Below, piece after piece: positions 28,104-40,216 of a stretch of 64,000 bases of DNA. The position numbers and the translations under genes were made by a program. The notes under the pieces were generated by a model. That model made no database searches, was not told where the DNA came from, and saw nothing but the letters and a program-made list of their open reading frames with translations. Source of the DNA: the human T2T-CHM13v2.0 reference genome, Homo sapiens; NCBI RefSeq assembly GCF_009914755.1, contig NC_060928.1; one strand, given 5' to 3'. The first letter of the stretch is position 1. Each line of letters starts with the position of its first letter.

Positions 28104-29036
28104 CACCAAAAGCACAATAAAAGAAAAATATAGATAAATTGGTTATCAGCAAAATTAAAAACTATTGTAATACAAAGGACAAAGTCAAGAGAGGAAAGAC
28201 AACCTATAAAATGAGACAAAGGTTTTTTCAAATTATGTATTTGATAAGGGACTTGTATCCAGGATATACAAATAACTAGTACAACTCAATAATAAAAAGA
28301 CAAATAACCCCATTTAAAAATGGACCAAGGATTTGGATACATATTTCACCAAAGAAGATACACAAAGGACCAGTAAGCATATAAAAAGATGTTCAGCATC
28401 ATTAGCCATCAGGGAAATATAAATCAAAATCATAATGAGACACCACTTCATACCCACTAGGATAGCTATAATCAGAAAGTCAGATAACAACATGTATTGG
28501 TAAGCCTATGGAAAATTGGAGCTCTCATATACTGTTGGTAGGAATATAATATGAATAGCCACTTTGGAAAACAATATGGCAGTTCTCAAATGGTTAAACT
28601 TACAGTTATACAATCCAGCAATTCCACTCCTAGTTATATACCCAAAAGAAATGAAAACACATGTTCACAAGACAACTTGTACATGAATGTTTATAGCAGC
28701 ACTATTCACAATAGTCAAAAAGTGGAAACAACAAAAATGTCCACCAACTGATGACTGGATAACCAACTGTGGTAGATCCATACAATGGAATATTATTTGA
28801 CAATAAAAAAAGAATTAAAACACTGATATATGCTGCAACTTGGATGAACCTTGAAAACATTATACTAAGTGAAAGAAGCCAGACACAAAGGACCACACAT
28901 TGTATGATTCCATTTATGTGGAATGTCAAAAATAGGTAAATCTATAGAGTCAGAAAGTAGGTTTCTGGTTAGTGGGTTTCCTACGGCTGGATGGGGAATG
29001 AGGAGATTGGGGGTGACAGCTAAATAAGCTTTAAAA
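28104..29036 (+). mobile_element. 5'-truncated L1MB-like LINE
   Basis: ORF2 end and L1MB 3'UTR (GAACCTTGAAAACATTATACTAAGTGAAAGAAGCCAGACAC); TSD about AAAAATAC(C)CTCCTT. Confidence 0.9.
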
Positions 29037-29169
29037 AAATACCTCCTTTATCTAGAAACAGATAAATGATATTGCTACAATATCTCTTGTAGCAAGATAT
29101 TGGTAAGCCTGCAAGTTGTTTCAAACTCAATCTCATGAGTTCTTACACATTTGTGTACTCACCTGTCCC

Positions 29170-29390
29170 TGGTAGTGCAGAAGCTCTGAATTTAGCCTCA
29201 GAAGCACTAGGTTTTGTGTCTTGTATTCCTCTTACTAGATGGCATTGAGAAACTCACTTAACTTTTCCAAGTCTTATTAGACAGAGATCATAATAACTAA
29301 CTCACAGACATATTGTAACTAAATGATACGACATTGGTCAGAAGGCTTATCAACTGTAAATTACTATACAAATGTAAGTGGTTGCTATTG
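29170..29390 (+). mobile_element. MIR
   Basis: CTCTTACTAG...CTCACTTAACTTTTCCAAGTC...TACTATACAAATGTAAG. Confidence 0.6.
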
Positions 29391-29482
29391 TCAGTTCTAT
29401 AGACTCGGGGTCTTGAGAAGTCAGGCCCAAAGAGACCTGACTTGAATCACTCAATTATACCAAATTCAGGAGCCAAAATATT

Positions 29483-29575
29483 TTTTCCCATAAGTTATTG
29501 GGATACAGGTGATATTTGCTTGCATGAGTAAGTTCTTCAGTGGTGATTTGTGAGATTTTGGTGCACCCATCACCC
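29483..29575 (-). mobile_element. ~95-bp L1PB-type 3' stub
   Basis: CCATAAGTTATTGGGATACAGGTG...TTTTGGTGCACCCATCACCCGAGC; TSD GAGCCAAAAT(A/C)TT at 29470-29482 and 29576-29588. Confidence 0.88.
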
Positions 29576-30499
29576 GAGCCAAAATCTTAATCTACGGTGA
29601 GAAATCACACTGCCAAGCAGATCAAATCATGTCAGTCTCTCTACTCAGTTCCTTCCAAGGAAAGAAATCTATTTGGGAAACCCAATTACCATCAGAAGGT
29701 TGCTTAGACAGTGTAAAATCAGGGCCAAGGAGCTGGATTATCCTGGGAGCATTATGAAGATAAAGCAAACTAATGGATCACTTTCCTCCCCTGTGGGGAT
29801 AAATCTGTCAAACAGACCAAACATCCTTCTTTCTTTAATGCAGTAGACTGCTCATAAATCCACCCTTACACCTCTATTTTTCCAGGTAATATTCCTCCCA
29901 CTCTGATTATGTATAACTACCTCCACTTCAGCACTCTTCATTTGACACATTGTTATAACAAGCCAATTCCCAATTTCCAACTCCTTTTGTATTTATTGCA
30001 TTTTTCAGTAGACTGCTTTCCTGGTGACAATTTGTGACATAGAATTCCTCACGGTCTCTATAGAAACTTTGATCTAAGCATTTCCCAGAGAAAGCTAATC
30101 TCACTATATGGTGTGGCTTCTTTTCTGATCCAGTTGTCTTGTCTTCTTCCAAACAACTTATCTCCAACTTGAAAAGTACTCTACAAGTTTGAATTATTAT
30201 GATCACTGTTAGTTATGCAGGTCAATACCTTAATGCTTGGTTACCATGGAATGATTAGAACCTTCTGGTAAAACACAGTCCTCAATGACTCTAGCTTTTC
30301 TGCCTTCCTGGCAAACACATACTACTGTTTTAAAAAATCAGCTTTGCTTGGAAAAAAAAAAATGTCTATGGTTATAAAAAACATTCAAGTCATTGGACCA
30401 TTGTTACTCTCACTGAAAGTTCTCTACTATTCTAAAATTAAAATGTAGTTATTAACAGATTTACTGAGTGTGTCCAGAAATAAAGATATTATTATTGAT

Positions 30500-30740
30500 C
30501 TCACATGGCATAGTGGAGAGAAGGTGGATTTCAGAATCAGAGAGTTGGTTTGATATTCTGACACAGCCTCTTATGAGTAATGTGTCTTGGTCCAGTTACT
30601 TAACCACTCTGAAATTCACTTTCTTTATCCATTATAAATATCTCATTGAGGGTGTCCTGCAACCATGAAAAATAAAGCAAGACAGCAAGCAAAGTAATTG
30701 GTATGTTGTAGGTACAACATAAAAGATAGCTATTATTATT
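30500..30740 (+). mobile_element. MIR
   Basis: CATGGCATAGTGGAGAGA...CAGTTACTTAACCACTCTGA...TAGCTATTATTAT. Confidence 0.7.
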
Positions 30741-31618
30741 GGGGCCTTTGCATTCTTTAAAGAGGCCTCTATCTTTGTGAGCTTAAAATCAGTATTGGTC
30801 TTGGCTTGCTAGGTAACCTTCAGAAAACCTGGGTCTTTCTGTTCATTATTTGAAAAGTAAAGGGAAAATGACATTTTTCATGTTTAAAAGTAATAACAGT
30901 GTGGTTACATAAGTTTTTCTCAGCCCACTGAAATTTTTTCTTACATATTTCAAAAAAATGTCTCAATGCATTATAGAACCTAAGTAAGGTTTATAGGGCA
31001 GACGCTTAAGAAATGACCTTCTATGTGGAGAAACACAAACAGTATCTGTATGAATTTTCTCATCTGATCTCACCTACTATTTCAGGAGAGAGAGTAGCTC
31101 ACAGCATTACAGACCTCTGACTTCAAAGCCTCTTAGTTTTAAAACTGCTGTTTGACTTGGAAAAACCATGGTCGGATGCTTAGGCTTTTAAAAAATCAAA
31201 CACCATTTAAAAGTCCTGGTAACTGCATTCCCTGGGTTTTATAACCTGATTCTTTTCCAGAAAGGAAAGAATGATCTGTGAAAGGAATACTATGTAATGA
31301 AGCATTTTTAGTGAGTCAAATTTTTTACTTTCTAAAAGTGCTCTGAGTGTTGATGACACTAGTGCAACTCTTCCACTGAATAAAACAGATGCAGAAAACA
31401 GAAAAATCTAAGAGGAGAGGCCTGGTGCAGAATACCAAATATAAGACAGTCCTAAATGAAGCAAAGGGAGTTTTTCAAATTTCTTCTTTTTAAGATGATG
31501 TTCTCTGGGTTCTTTATGTTCCTGGGCTGGCCTTTCAGGTTTCTTGAGCCTGTCCTACCCCTGCCATAGCATCTCAGTCACTCAAAGGAATATTGCCTCC
31601 TTTTCTTCTATTGACCCC

Positions 31619-32004
31619 TTATATTAGTCTGCTAGGGCTGCCATAACAAAATATTATAGCCTGGGTGGCTTAAACCACAGAAATTTATTTTCTCACAGTT
31701 GTTGAGGCTAGAAACCCATGATCGGGTGTCAGCATGGTCAAGTTCTAGTGAGGGCATTATAGATGTCCTTGCTTCTCTATGTCCACCATCTCCCAGTGTG
31801 GTCTTGTGACCTCTTTGCGCATACATAGAGAACGGAAGCAAGCTCTCTCTGATGTCTCTTCTTATAAGGTCACTAATCTCATCAAGACTCATGACTTCCT
31901 CATAACCTATTACCTCCCAAAATGTTCCACCTCTAAATATCATCAAGTTGGAGGTTAGAGCTTTACCATGGGAATTTGGGGTAGAAAACAATTCAGTCTA
32001 TAGC
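31619..32004 (-). mobile_element. MaLR solo LTR (MLT1A/B-like)
   Basis: TATTAGTCTGCTAGGGCTGCCATAACAAAATA...GGGTGGCTTAAAC...ATTCAGTCTATAGCA. Confidence 0.9.
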
Positions 32005-32784
32005 ACTCCTCTAAACCTCTCCCTACCATATCACTTTACTGAAATTTAATGGCTTCATGGTTTATTCTGCTTTATAGTGTGACAGTCACCAGATAAAGTG
32101 AACTGATACACTTATGGAAGTTAAGTAGAAAAGTTAAACCCCACATCAGGTTTAAAGTCTGAATACAAAAGGGTCAATGGCTTATTGTGCAAAAGGTTTT
32201 ACATAATAACTTTACTTTAATGAATTTGCCAATATTCAGAGATTGGTCTTCAGTCTTCCAGACTCAGAAATCAGATTTTTGTAGATCCAGCTTTCAGAAT
32301 CCAACCTCTAATGAGAAAATTCACATTTACATAGCTCACAAAACTTTTGTGCAAATAAGAATGCCAATACATTTGTAGACAATGATAAATAAAAGCTCTC
32401 TCACACACGAGGATATTCACATTGACACAGACTCCAAATTCTAATGTGTTCTTCTTGGAAAGTCAGCTTATAATCAGAAAGCTGCTTGCTAAACAAGAAT
32501 TCAGAGGACAAGAGATTATCTGCCTAATTAAAATGTCTAGTATCATGAGGCTAAGAAAGCCTGATCTATCTGACCTCACTGTAGAAATATCCTTAAACCT
32601 AAAGGATCATGAGAAACAGTCGATTGGCAGGACCTTCTCTTCCTGAAGTATGCCCAGATTGGCCCTCCCAAGTCACTCTGATGTGCCACACTTCTGTTGC
32701 TAAATTATATCATGGATGATGAAATTCTCCAGTCTTGCTCAGGCCTGGGAGCCACTGCACCTCTTTCATAAGGATATTATAATG

Positions 32785-32960
32785 TGAGAGTTCAGGACAA
32801 GGGCTTGAGAGCTAGACGATCTCAGTTCTGCCACTTTCTGGCCGTGTGACCTTGAGGACTTCATTGAAAATGTCCTAAACATCAGTTTCCTCCATTGCAA
32901 TATTAAGAATATAACCTCATTTAATTTGCAAAATTGTCATAAGGATTACATATGTAATAT
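32785..32960 (+). mobile_element. MIR
   Basis: TCTGCCACTTTCTGGCCGTGTGACCTTGAG...CAGTTTCCTCCAT. Confidence 0.7.
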
Positions 32961-33419
32961 TTTTCACAAATTAGCCATTGTAAATACTAAAAAAACTTAC
33001 CTATTATTTAGCGGGAATTTACAAATCTGTTTAAATTCATTATCCGATTTTATAGTGTGACTCCCAGGGCACAATCTCATTTGTCTTATTTCCAACTTCC
33101 TTGCAGCTGTGGTTTATCTCATATTTGCTCCTGGAACCTATCTATCATACTGATTATAGAAACATGTGAGTAACTCTTTCTAGAGTACACACTGACTTTT
33201 CTGTCCAGTGACAGAGGGCTGCAGGAGATACCATTACTTACCACTTTTCTAGGACAGAAGTGGAGAGTTCAGGCCACAAAGAGAGAACATCACTGTGGAA
33301 AGTTTGTGATAGTGCTGAAAAGAGGCAACAGAAGACACTATAGAGGTAAAAGGCAGAAGTAAACTGCTTATGTTCTCATGGGTTTGCCAAAACCCATGAT
33401 TACCTCTTTCCTTTATTTT

Positions 33420-34240
33420 ATACTTTCTTTATTGCAAAATATACTATAGCTATCCAAAAGTATATATGCTGGCTTTATTCATAATTGTTTCCTTGCTTTT
33501 TTTATATTTTTGCTAACTTAATATTGGTCCCTAGCTATTTTAGTCTGTTTTTGAACTTCACATAAATGTAATCACACATTATTTTATGATTCCACTTCAC
33601 TCTTCTACTTGGGGCCCCAAGAAGGCAGCATGATGCAGAGTAGCAACAGCTGCAAAGTATGACCACTGGGCCTTGGGCAGTCCATGGACTGCCCTGCACC
33701 AGCGTGTTGTCCTGTTGTTCTCACCAGGGACAGAAGCAGCTCAGAATGCTGGACTTCAAAGAGCTTTGTTCTTGCAGTCAGGGACTAGAAACCCTAAGCA
33801 GTGATCCGTTAGTGGACATAGGACCAAGGAAATGTCAGTAGTTGCCACACAGTGAATAACTTGACTGCTGTGTCTTAAGTTTTTAACTTTCATCCATGAT
33901 GTTGGATATAGTTATAGTGCATTCATTTTCATTACTATATGGTATCTCATTCTATGAATATAACAGATAATTTATCTATTCTACTTTTTATAGAAACTAT
34001 TTTGATTCTCCAGTTTCTTTTCAGATCAGATAAATTTTTCTCCTTTTACTAATGATTTTCATGAAGAGGAACAACTCTGAGTCTTAAATCAATTTTTGAG
34101 GCCTTATTTTGGCAAGGGTCTCTATATATTATTTTATATATAAAAGAATAATTAAGATTATTAACATAATAATTTTTAAAAAGTATTTAGGTTCCAGTTT
34201 TATCTATTCTGAATAATGCTTCTTTGAAAATGCTTGTACA
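33420..34240 (-). mobile_element. L1ME 3' region relic, interrupted by a duplicated segment
   Basis: TGTTTTTGAACTTCACATAAATGTAATCA ... TTCATCCATGATGTTG...CATTCATTTTCATTACTATATGGTAT. Confidence 0.7.
33592..33859 (+). repeat. 268-bp direct duplication, copy 1 (probable insertion)
   Basis: ungapped match to 35975-36242, about 20 mismatches by hand count (~92%). Confidence 0.97.
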
Positions 34241-34459
34241 TGTCAGGGGTGAATCTGTAACAAAATAATCAAATGGACATTCTAAAATTTTACAATGTAA
34301 TATATGAAAGTAAGAATGTAACAGATTGGTTTAACAGCAGATGGGACACAATTTCCATTAACTGAAAGACAGATCAATGCAAAGGACTCAAATTAAAGTA
34401 TAAAGAGAAAAAGAACTGGTAGGATTTAAAAAAAAATGTAGAAAAGTTCCAACGTTGAA

Positions 34460-34858
34460 TTGTGTGGCCTGACCTAGTCCCAGCCAGTCAAAGTGCCAAT
34501 ATTCCCTTAGTCACAGGATTGAATCAAGAGTTGGCATGTAATTTGTTTTGGTGCAATCAGAGCTAATTTTGGAGCTTAGTTTTGAACCACTGGGATGTGA
34601 TGCTCTCTTTTCCATTGAATTTGAACCTGAAACTTCAGTGTTAACCTGGAACTTCTGGGCTGGTGTCTAGTTAGGGTCAAGAGAGAAGAGTAACTAAGTC
34701 CTGATAAGATCATTTGAGACCCTGGAGAGAGCTACAACAATCCTATCCTTGACAGTTATGTGAGCAAATATTTCTACTCTTGCTTTAGATCTGTTAGAGG
34801 TGGTTTTTTGCTTTGTTTTGTTTTTCTCGCCTTCAACAAGAGCCTTAACTATAAATAC
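34460..34858 (+). mobile_element. old MaLR LTR (MLT1K/L-like)
   Basis: AGTCCTGATAAGATCATTTGAGACCCTGGA...CAGTTATGTGAGCAAATA...AAGAGCCTTAACTA. Confidence 0.65.
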
Positions 34859-35717
34859 TTCTTCACTCTTGTGCATTCCCCAAATGCCCTCTTGCATGCC
34901 ATGCAAAAGGAAATGTAGATCTCATAGTATGGAGAACTTCAGACCAACTCCCTGGCCTATCTCCTAAAGTGTATATGATCTTGAATCTGGCCCTTTCTAG
35001 CATTGCTCTAGAAGGCTGACTGACAGCACAAGGGACAGCTGTGTAGAAATCTCCTTCTTCATTGGCTCCCCAGTGACCTATATTCATTTAGCAAGCTTTG
35101 CATTCCTCGGTCCCTTGCTCATTTTTTAGACCCTAAGTTTAACATATTGTTTTAATTAACATTTTAGGAGCTAAACTCAGAGAGCAGTGATTATGTCTGA
35201 GTGGGAGGGTTCGTGATTACTCTCTGAATGGTATCATATTCAAAATAAGTAAAGAAATGCTTGTGAATTTCAATTGCTCTTCCTTTGCAGTCAGAAGATA
35301 AACCTAACATTCAAAATTGCCATCAGACAGAGAAGAAAGCCTGCTTGCTTGCATCTCTGTAAACTGACTTCTCGGAGCCTCATGGCCCTCTCCTATTGAG
35401 CTCTCTTTCCATTCCCATCTCCTTTTCAATTGTAATACCCTAGGTCGTCCTGGGCTCTGGGCTCTGAATTCTAGGCAAGGCACTATTTATTAACTGGCTG
35501 ATGATTTGACACATAGAAACTGCCCTCATTTGAAGCTAGATTGAAAAATGTCTTTTTAAGTTTTACATTATCCTTTATTCCCTCTTTTTCACTGGGATAA
35601 TATTTTTGAAAAACTCCTGGATCGAGCTTTGTTTCCAATATTTCTTTTTATTCTTTGTTCTGCTTTGCTCTTTATATCCCCTCCCCCTCAACCCACACAC
35701 ACATAAAATTAACTAAG

Positions 35718-36002
35718 TCAGAGCTTACAAACTGGCAGGCTGTAAAGCTGGCCGACAGATATGTTTCATTTCACCTTAATATATTTTAAAATTTTGTCTT
35801 TGTTATATGCAGTTAATATCAGGAGATACCACATAACAATGACCACTTCAGGATTTTCTTGAAATATCAGACTATCTGGCACCCTGAACCCAAATTCCTT
35901 TATGGCAACAATTAGATAGAGCTAAATAGCGACAGCACCTTTTATCTTACAACTGGTACACTTCACTCATTTACCCACTTCACTCTTCCACTTGAGACCC
36001 CA
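35718..36002. mobile_element. MER102-like hAT-Charlie element
   Basis: CAGAGCTTACAAACTGGC...ATCTGGCACCCTG...ATGGCAACAATT...CTTCACTCATTTAC...TTGAGACCCC. Confidence 0.7.
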
Positions 36003-36242
36003 AGAAGGCAGCATGATGCGGAGTAGAAACAACTGCAAAGTGTGACCACTGGGCCTTGGGCAGCCCATGGACTGCCCTGCACCAGCATGTTGTCCTGTTG
36101 TGCTGACCAGGGACAGAAGCAGCTCAGAAAGCTGGACTTCAAAGAGCCTTGTTCTTGGAGTCAGGGACTAGAAACCCTAAGCAGTGATCCATCAGTGGAC
36201 ATGGGACCAAGGAAATGTCAGTAGTTGCCACGGGGTGAATAA
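35975..36242 (+). repeat. 268-bp direct duplication, copy 2 (probable donor)
   Basis: matches 33592-33859; continuous with the end of the MER102-like element. Confidence 0.97.
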
Positions 36243-37572
36243 ACGGTAGCCAAGATCAGAAACTCCCAGTGCCTCAGCATTGCAGAAAAATGGAATGAGG
36301 AAAAAAAAAATTATGTTACCTTGTCAAAATTTAAAAAATTATTTCTTCTATATATCTGAATGTGTAGACTGAGATTCATGCTCTCCATATTATTGATTGA
36401 GACCTCATATTAAAATACTTTTTTCCCTGCATATAACCACTGATCACATTATTTTCTCTTTTTCTTATTATTTTTTTAAATTATAGGTTCAGGGGATACA
36501 TGCATATGTTTGTTACACGAGTATATTGCATAATGATGGGGTTTGGACTTGTAGTGAACCTATCACCCAAGTAGTGAACATAGCACCCAATAGGTAGACT
36601 TTTAACCTCGCCCCCCTCTTAACCTCCCACTTTTGGAGTCCTCAGTGTCTACTGTTGCAATCTTAATGTCCAAGAGTACCCATTGTTCAGCTCCCACTTC
36701 TAAGGCAGAATGCATGATATTTTATTTTCTGTTTCTGAGTTATTTCACTTAAGATAATGGCCTCCACCTACATCTATGTTACTGCAAAAGACATGATTTC
36801 ATTCTTTTTTATGGTTGTATGGTAGTCCATGGTATATATTAATACCACATTTTCTTTTAAACATTAAACATCACATTTTAAAAAAAATTAAACACCACAT
36901 TTTCTTTATCCAGTCTACTCTTGATTGACACTTAGGTTGATTCCATGACTTTGCTATTGTGAATAGCTGCAATAAACATAAAAATGCAAGCTGTCTTTTT
37001 GATTAAATGGTTTCTTTTCCTTCGGGTAGATATCCAATAGAGGGATTGCTGGGTTGAATGGTAGTTCTGCTTTTAGTTCTTTGAGAAATCTCCAGACTGT
37101 TTGCCACATAGTTGGAACTAATTTGCATTCCTACCAACAGTGTAAAGCATTCCCTTTTCTCTGCAAACTTGCCATCATCTGTTGTTTTTTTTTACTTTTT
37201 AATAATAGCCATTCTGATTGGTGTGAGATAGTATCTCATTGTGGTTTTAATTTGCATTTCTCTGATGATTAGTGACATTGAATATTTTTTCATATGTTTG
37301 TTGGCTGCATGTTTGTCCTCTTTGTTTTTAACTTAACCTTTAAGTTCCAGGGTACATGTGCAGATTTGTTGTATAGGTAAACTTGTGTCATGGGGGTTTG
37401 TTGTACAGATTATTTTGTCACCAAGTATTAAGCCTAGTCCAATTAGTTAGTTTTTCTGATACTCTTACTACTGCAACCCTTCACCCTCCTATAGGCCCCA
37501 GTGTGTGTTGTTCCCCTTTATGTGTCCACATGTTCTTATCATTTAGCTCCCACTTATAAGTGAGAACATGCA

Positions 37573-37918
37573 TGATATGGTTTGGCTCTGTGTCCCCACC
37601 CAAATCTCACCTTGAATTGTAATAATCCCCACATGCCAAGGGCATGTAATTGGATCATGGGGGCAGTTTCTCCCCTCAGGCTGTTCTCATGATAATGAGT
37701 CTCATGAGATCTGATGGTTTTATAAGCATCTGGCATTCCCCCCGCTTGCACTCATTCTCTCTCCTGCTGCCCTTTTGAAGGGGTGCCTTCTGCCATGATT
37801 GCAAGTTTCCTGAGCCCTCCCAAGCCATGCAGAACTATGAGTCAATTAAACCTCTTTTCTTTATAAATTACCCAGTCTCGGGTATTTCTTTATAGCAGCA
37901 TGAGAATGGAGTAATACA
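37573..37918 (+). mobile_element. THE1C/D-like solo LTR
   Basis: TGATATGGTTTGGCTCTGTGTCCCCACCCAAATCTC...TAATACA; 5-bp TSD ATGCA. Confidence 0.95.
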
Positions 37919-38346
37919 ATGCAATATTTGGTTTTCTGTTCCTGCATTAGTTTGCTAAGGATAATGGCCTACAGTTCCATCCCTGTTCCTACAAAGGACA
38001 TGATCTTGATCTTGTTATTATTTATGGCACCATATTATTCCATTTTGTATATGTACCACATTTTCTTTTTCCAGTCTACCATTGATGGGCATTAAGATTG
38101 ATACTATGTCTTTGCTATTGTGAATAGTGCTGCGGTGAACATATGCATGCATGCGTCTTTATAACAGAACAATTTATATTCCCTTGGGTATATTCCCAGT
38201 GATGGTATGCTGGGTCAAATGGCAGTTCTGTTTTTAGGTCTTTGAGGAATTGCCACTGTCTTCCACAATGGTTGAACTGATTTACACTCCCAACAACAAT
38301 GTATTAGCAAGCGTTCCTTTTTCTCTGCAACCTCGCCAGCATGTGT

Positions 38347-38375
38347 TTGTTGTTGTTGTTGTTGTTGTTGTTGCT
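38347..38375. repeat. (GTT)n microsatellite within L1
   Basis: about 8 GTT units. Confidence 0.9.
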
Positions 38376-39882
38376 GTTTACTTTTACATAGTAACCATTC
38401 TGACTGGTGTGAGATGGTACCTCACTGTAATTTTGATTTGCATTTCTCTAATGATCAGTGATGTTGAGCATTTTTTCATATGCTTGTGGCCATCTGTATG
38501 TCTTCTTTTGAAAAGTATCTGTTCATGTCCTTTGCCCACTTTCTAACTGGGTTGTGTTTTTCTTATAAATTTAAGTTCTGTATAAATGCTGGATAGTAGA
38601 CCTTTGTCAGATGGGTAGATTGCAAAAATTTTCTCCAGTTCTATAGGTTGTTTATTGATAGTTCTTTGGCTGTGTGGAGGCTTTATAATTTAATTAAGTC
38701 ACATTTGTCTGTTCTTGTTTTTGTTGCATTTGCTTTTAAGGTCTTAAGTCATAAATTCTTTGTGGAGGCCAATGTCCAGAAGAATTTTTCCTATGCCTTT
38801 TCCAGGACTTTTATAGTTTCAGTCTTCCATTTAAGTCTTAATCTATCTTGAGCTAATTCTTGTACATGCTAAGAGATAGGGTCCAGTTTCATTCTTCTGC
38901 ATATGGCTAGTCAGTATTCCCAGCACCATTTACTGAATAGGATGTCCTTTACCCATAGTTTATTTTTGTTGACTTTGTCAAAGATCAGTTGTTTGTAGAT
39001 GTGTGGCTTTATTTCTGAGTTCTCCATTCTGCTTCATTGATCTATGTGTCTGTTTTTAATACCAGCACCATATTGTTTTGGTTACTATAGACTTGTAGTA
39101 TAGTTTGGAATTGGATAACATAATGCCTTTGGCTTTGTTCTTTTTGCTTAAGATTACTTTGACTAGTTGGGCTCTTTTTTGGTTCATATGAGTTTTATTT
39201 TTTTTTCTTATTCTGTAAAACATTATGTTGGTAATTTGATAGGATTAGCATTGAATCTGTAGATGGCTTTGCAGAGTATGGTCATTTTAATGATACTGAT
39301 TCTTTCGATCCATGACCACAGAATGTTTCTCCATTAGCTTGTTCATCTATTATTTCTTTCATCAGTGTTTTGAAGATCTCCTTGCAGAGATCTTTCACCT
39401 TCTTGGTTAAATGTATTGCTTGGTAGTTTTTTTGTGTGTGTGTGGCTATTGTAAATAGGATTAGTTCCTGATTTGTTTCTCAGCTTGACCATTATTGGTA
39501 CATAGAAATGTTACTGACTTTTGTATGTTGACTTTGTATCCGGAAACTTTACTGAAGTCATTTATCAGGTCTGGGAGTCTTTTGGAGGAATCTTTACAGT
39601 TTTCTAGGTATAGGATTATGTCTTCAGTGAAGACAGATAATTTGATTTCCTCTTTTCCTATTTGGATACCTTTTATTTCTTTCTCATGCCTGATGGCTCT
39701 GGCTAGCACTTCCAGTACTATGTTGAATAGAAGTGGTAACAGTGGACATCCCTGTCTTTTTCCAGTTCTTAGGGGGATGCTTTCAACTTTTGCTCATTCA
39801 GAATGATGTTGTCTGAGACTGTCACATATAGCTCTTACTATTTTGAGGTATGTTCCTTCAAGGCCTAGTTTGTTGAAGATTT

Positions 39883-40216
39883 GTTTTCTACTTTTATTGT
39901 AAATTCAGGGAGTACATGTGCAGGTTTGTTACCTGGGTGTATTGCATGATGCTGAGGTTTCGGGTACAAATGATCCTGTCACCCAGGTACTGAGCATGGT
40001 ACACAACAGTTTTTCAACTCTTGCCCCCTCCCCACTCTCCCCCTTCCAGTAGTCCCCAGTGTCTATGGTTGCCATCTTTATCTCCATGAGTACCCAATAT
40101 TTAGGTCTTACTTATAAGTGAGAACAAGTGGTATTTGGTTTTCTGTTTCTGCATTAATTTGCTTATGATAATGGCCTCCAGCTGCATTCATGTTGCTGCA
40201 GAGGATATGATTTCAT
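39883..40216 (-). mobile_element. antisense L1PA15/16-like 3' stub inside host ORF2
   Basis: 3'UTR sequence; TSD TTTGTTGAA(G/A)ATTT at 39869-39882 and 40217-40230. Confidence 0.9.

Larger units (their letters stand above)
37326..38650 (-). mobile_element. second antisense L1 3' end (L1PA13-15-like) nested in host L1; right boundary uncertain
   Basis: new T-rich tail and 3'UTR GGTAAACTTGTGTCATGGGGGTTTGTTGTACAGATTATTT; merges into host ORF2 with no clear TSD. Confidence 0.8.

Noticed and set aside
33659-36224. Two paralogous 60-aa ORFs
   Set aside because: By-product of the 268-bp duplication; one starts with GTG; no coding evidence
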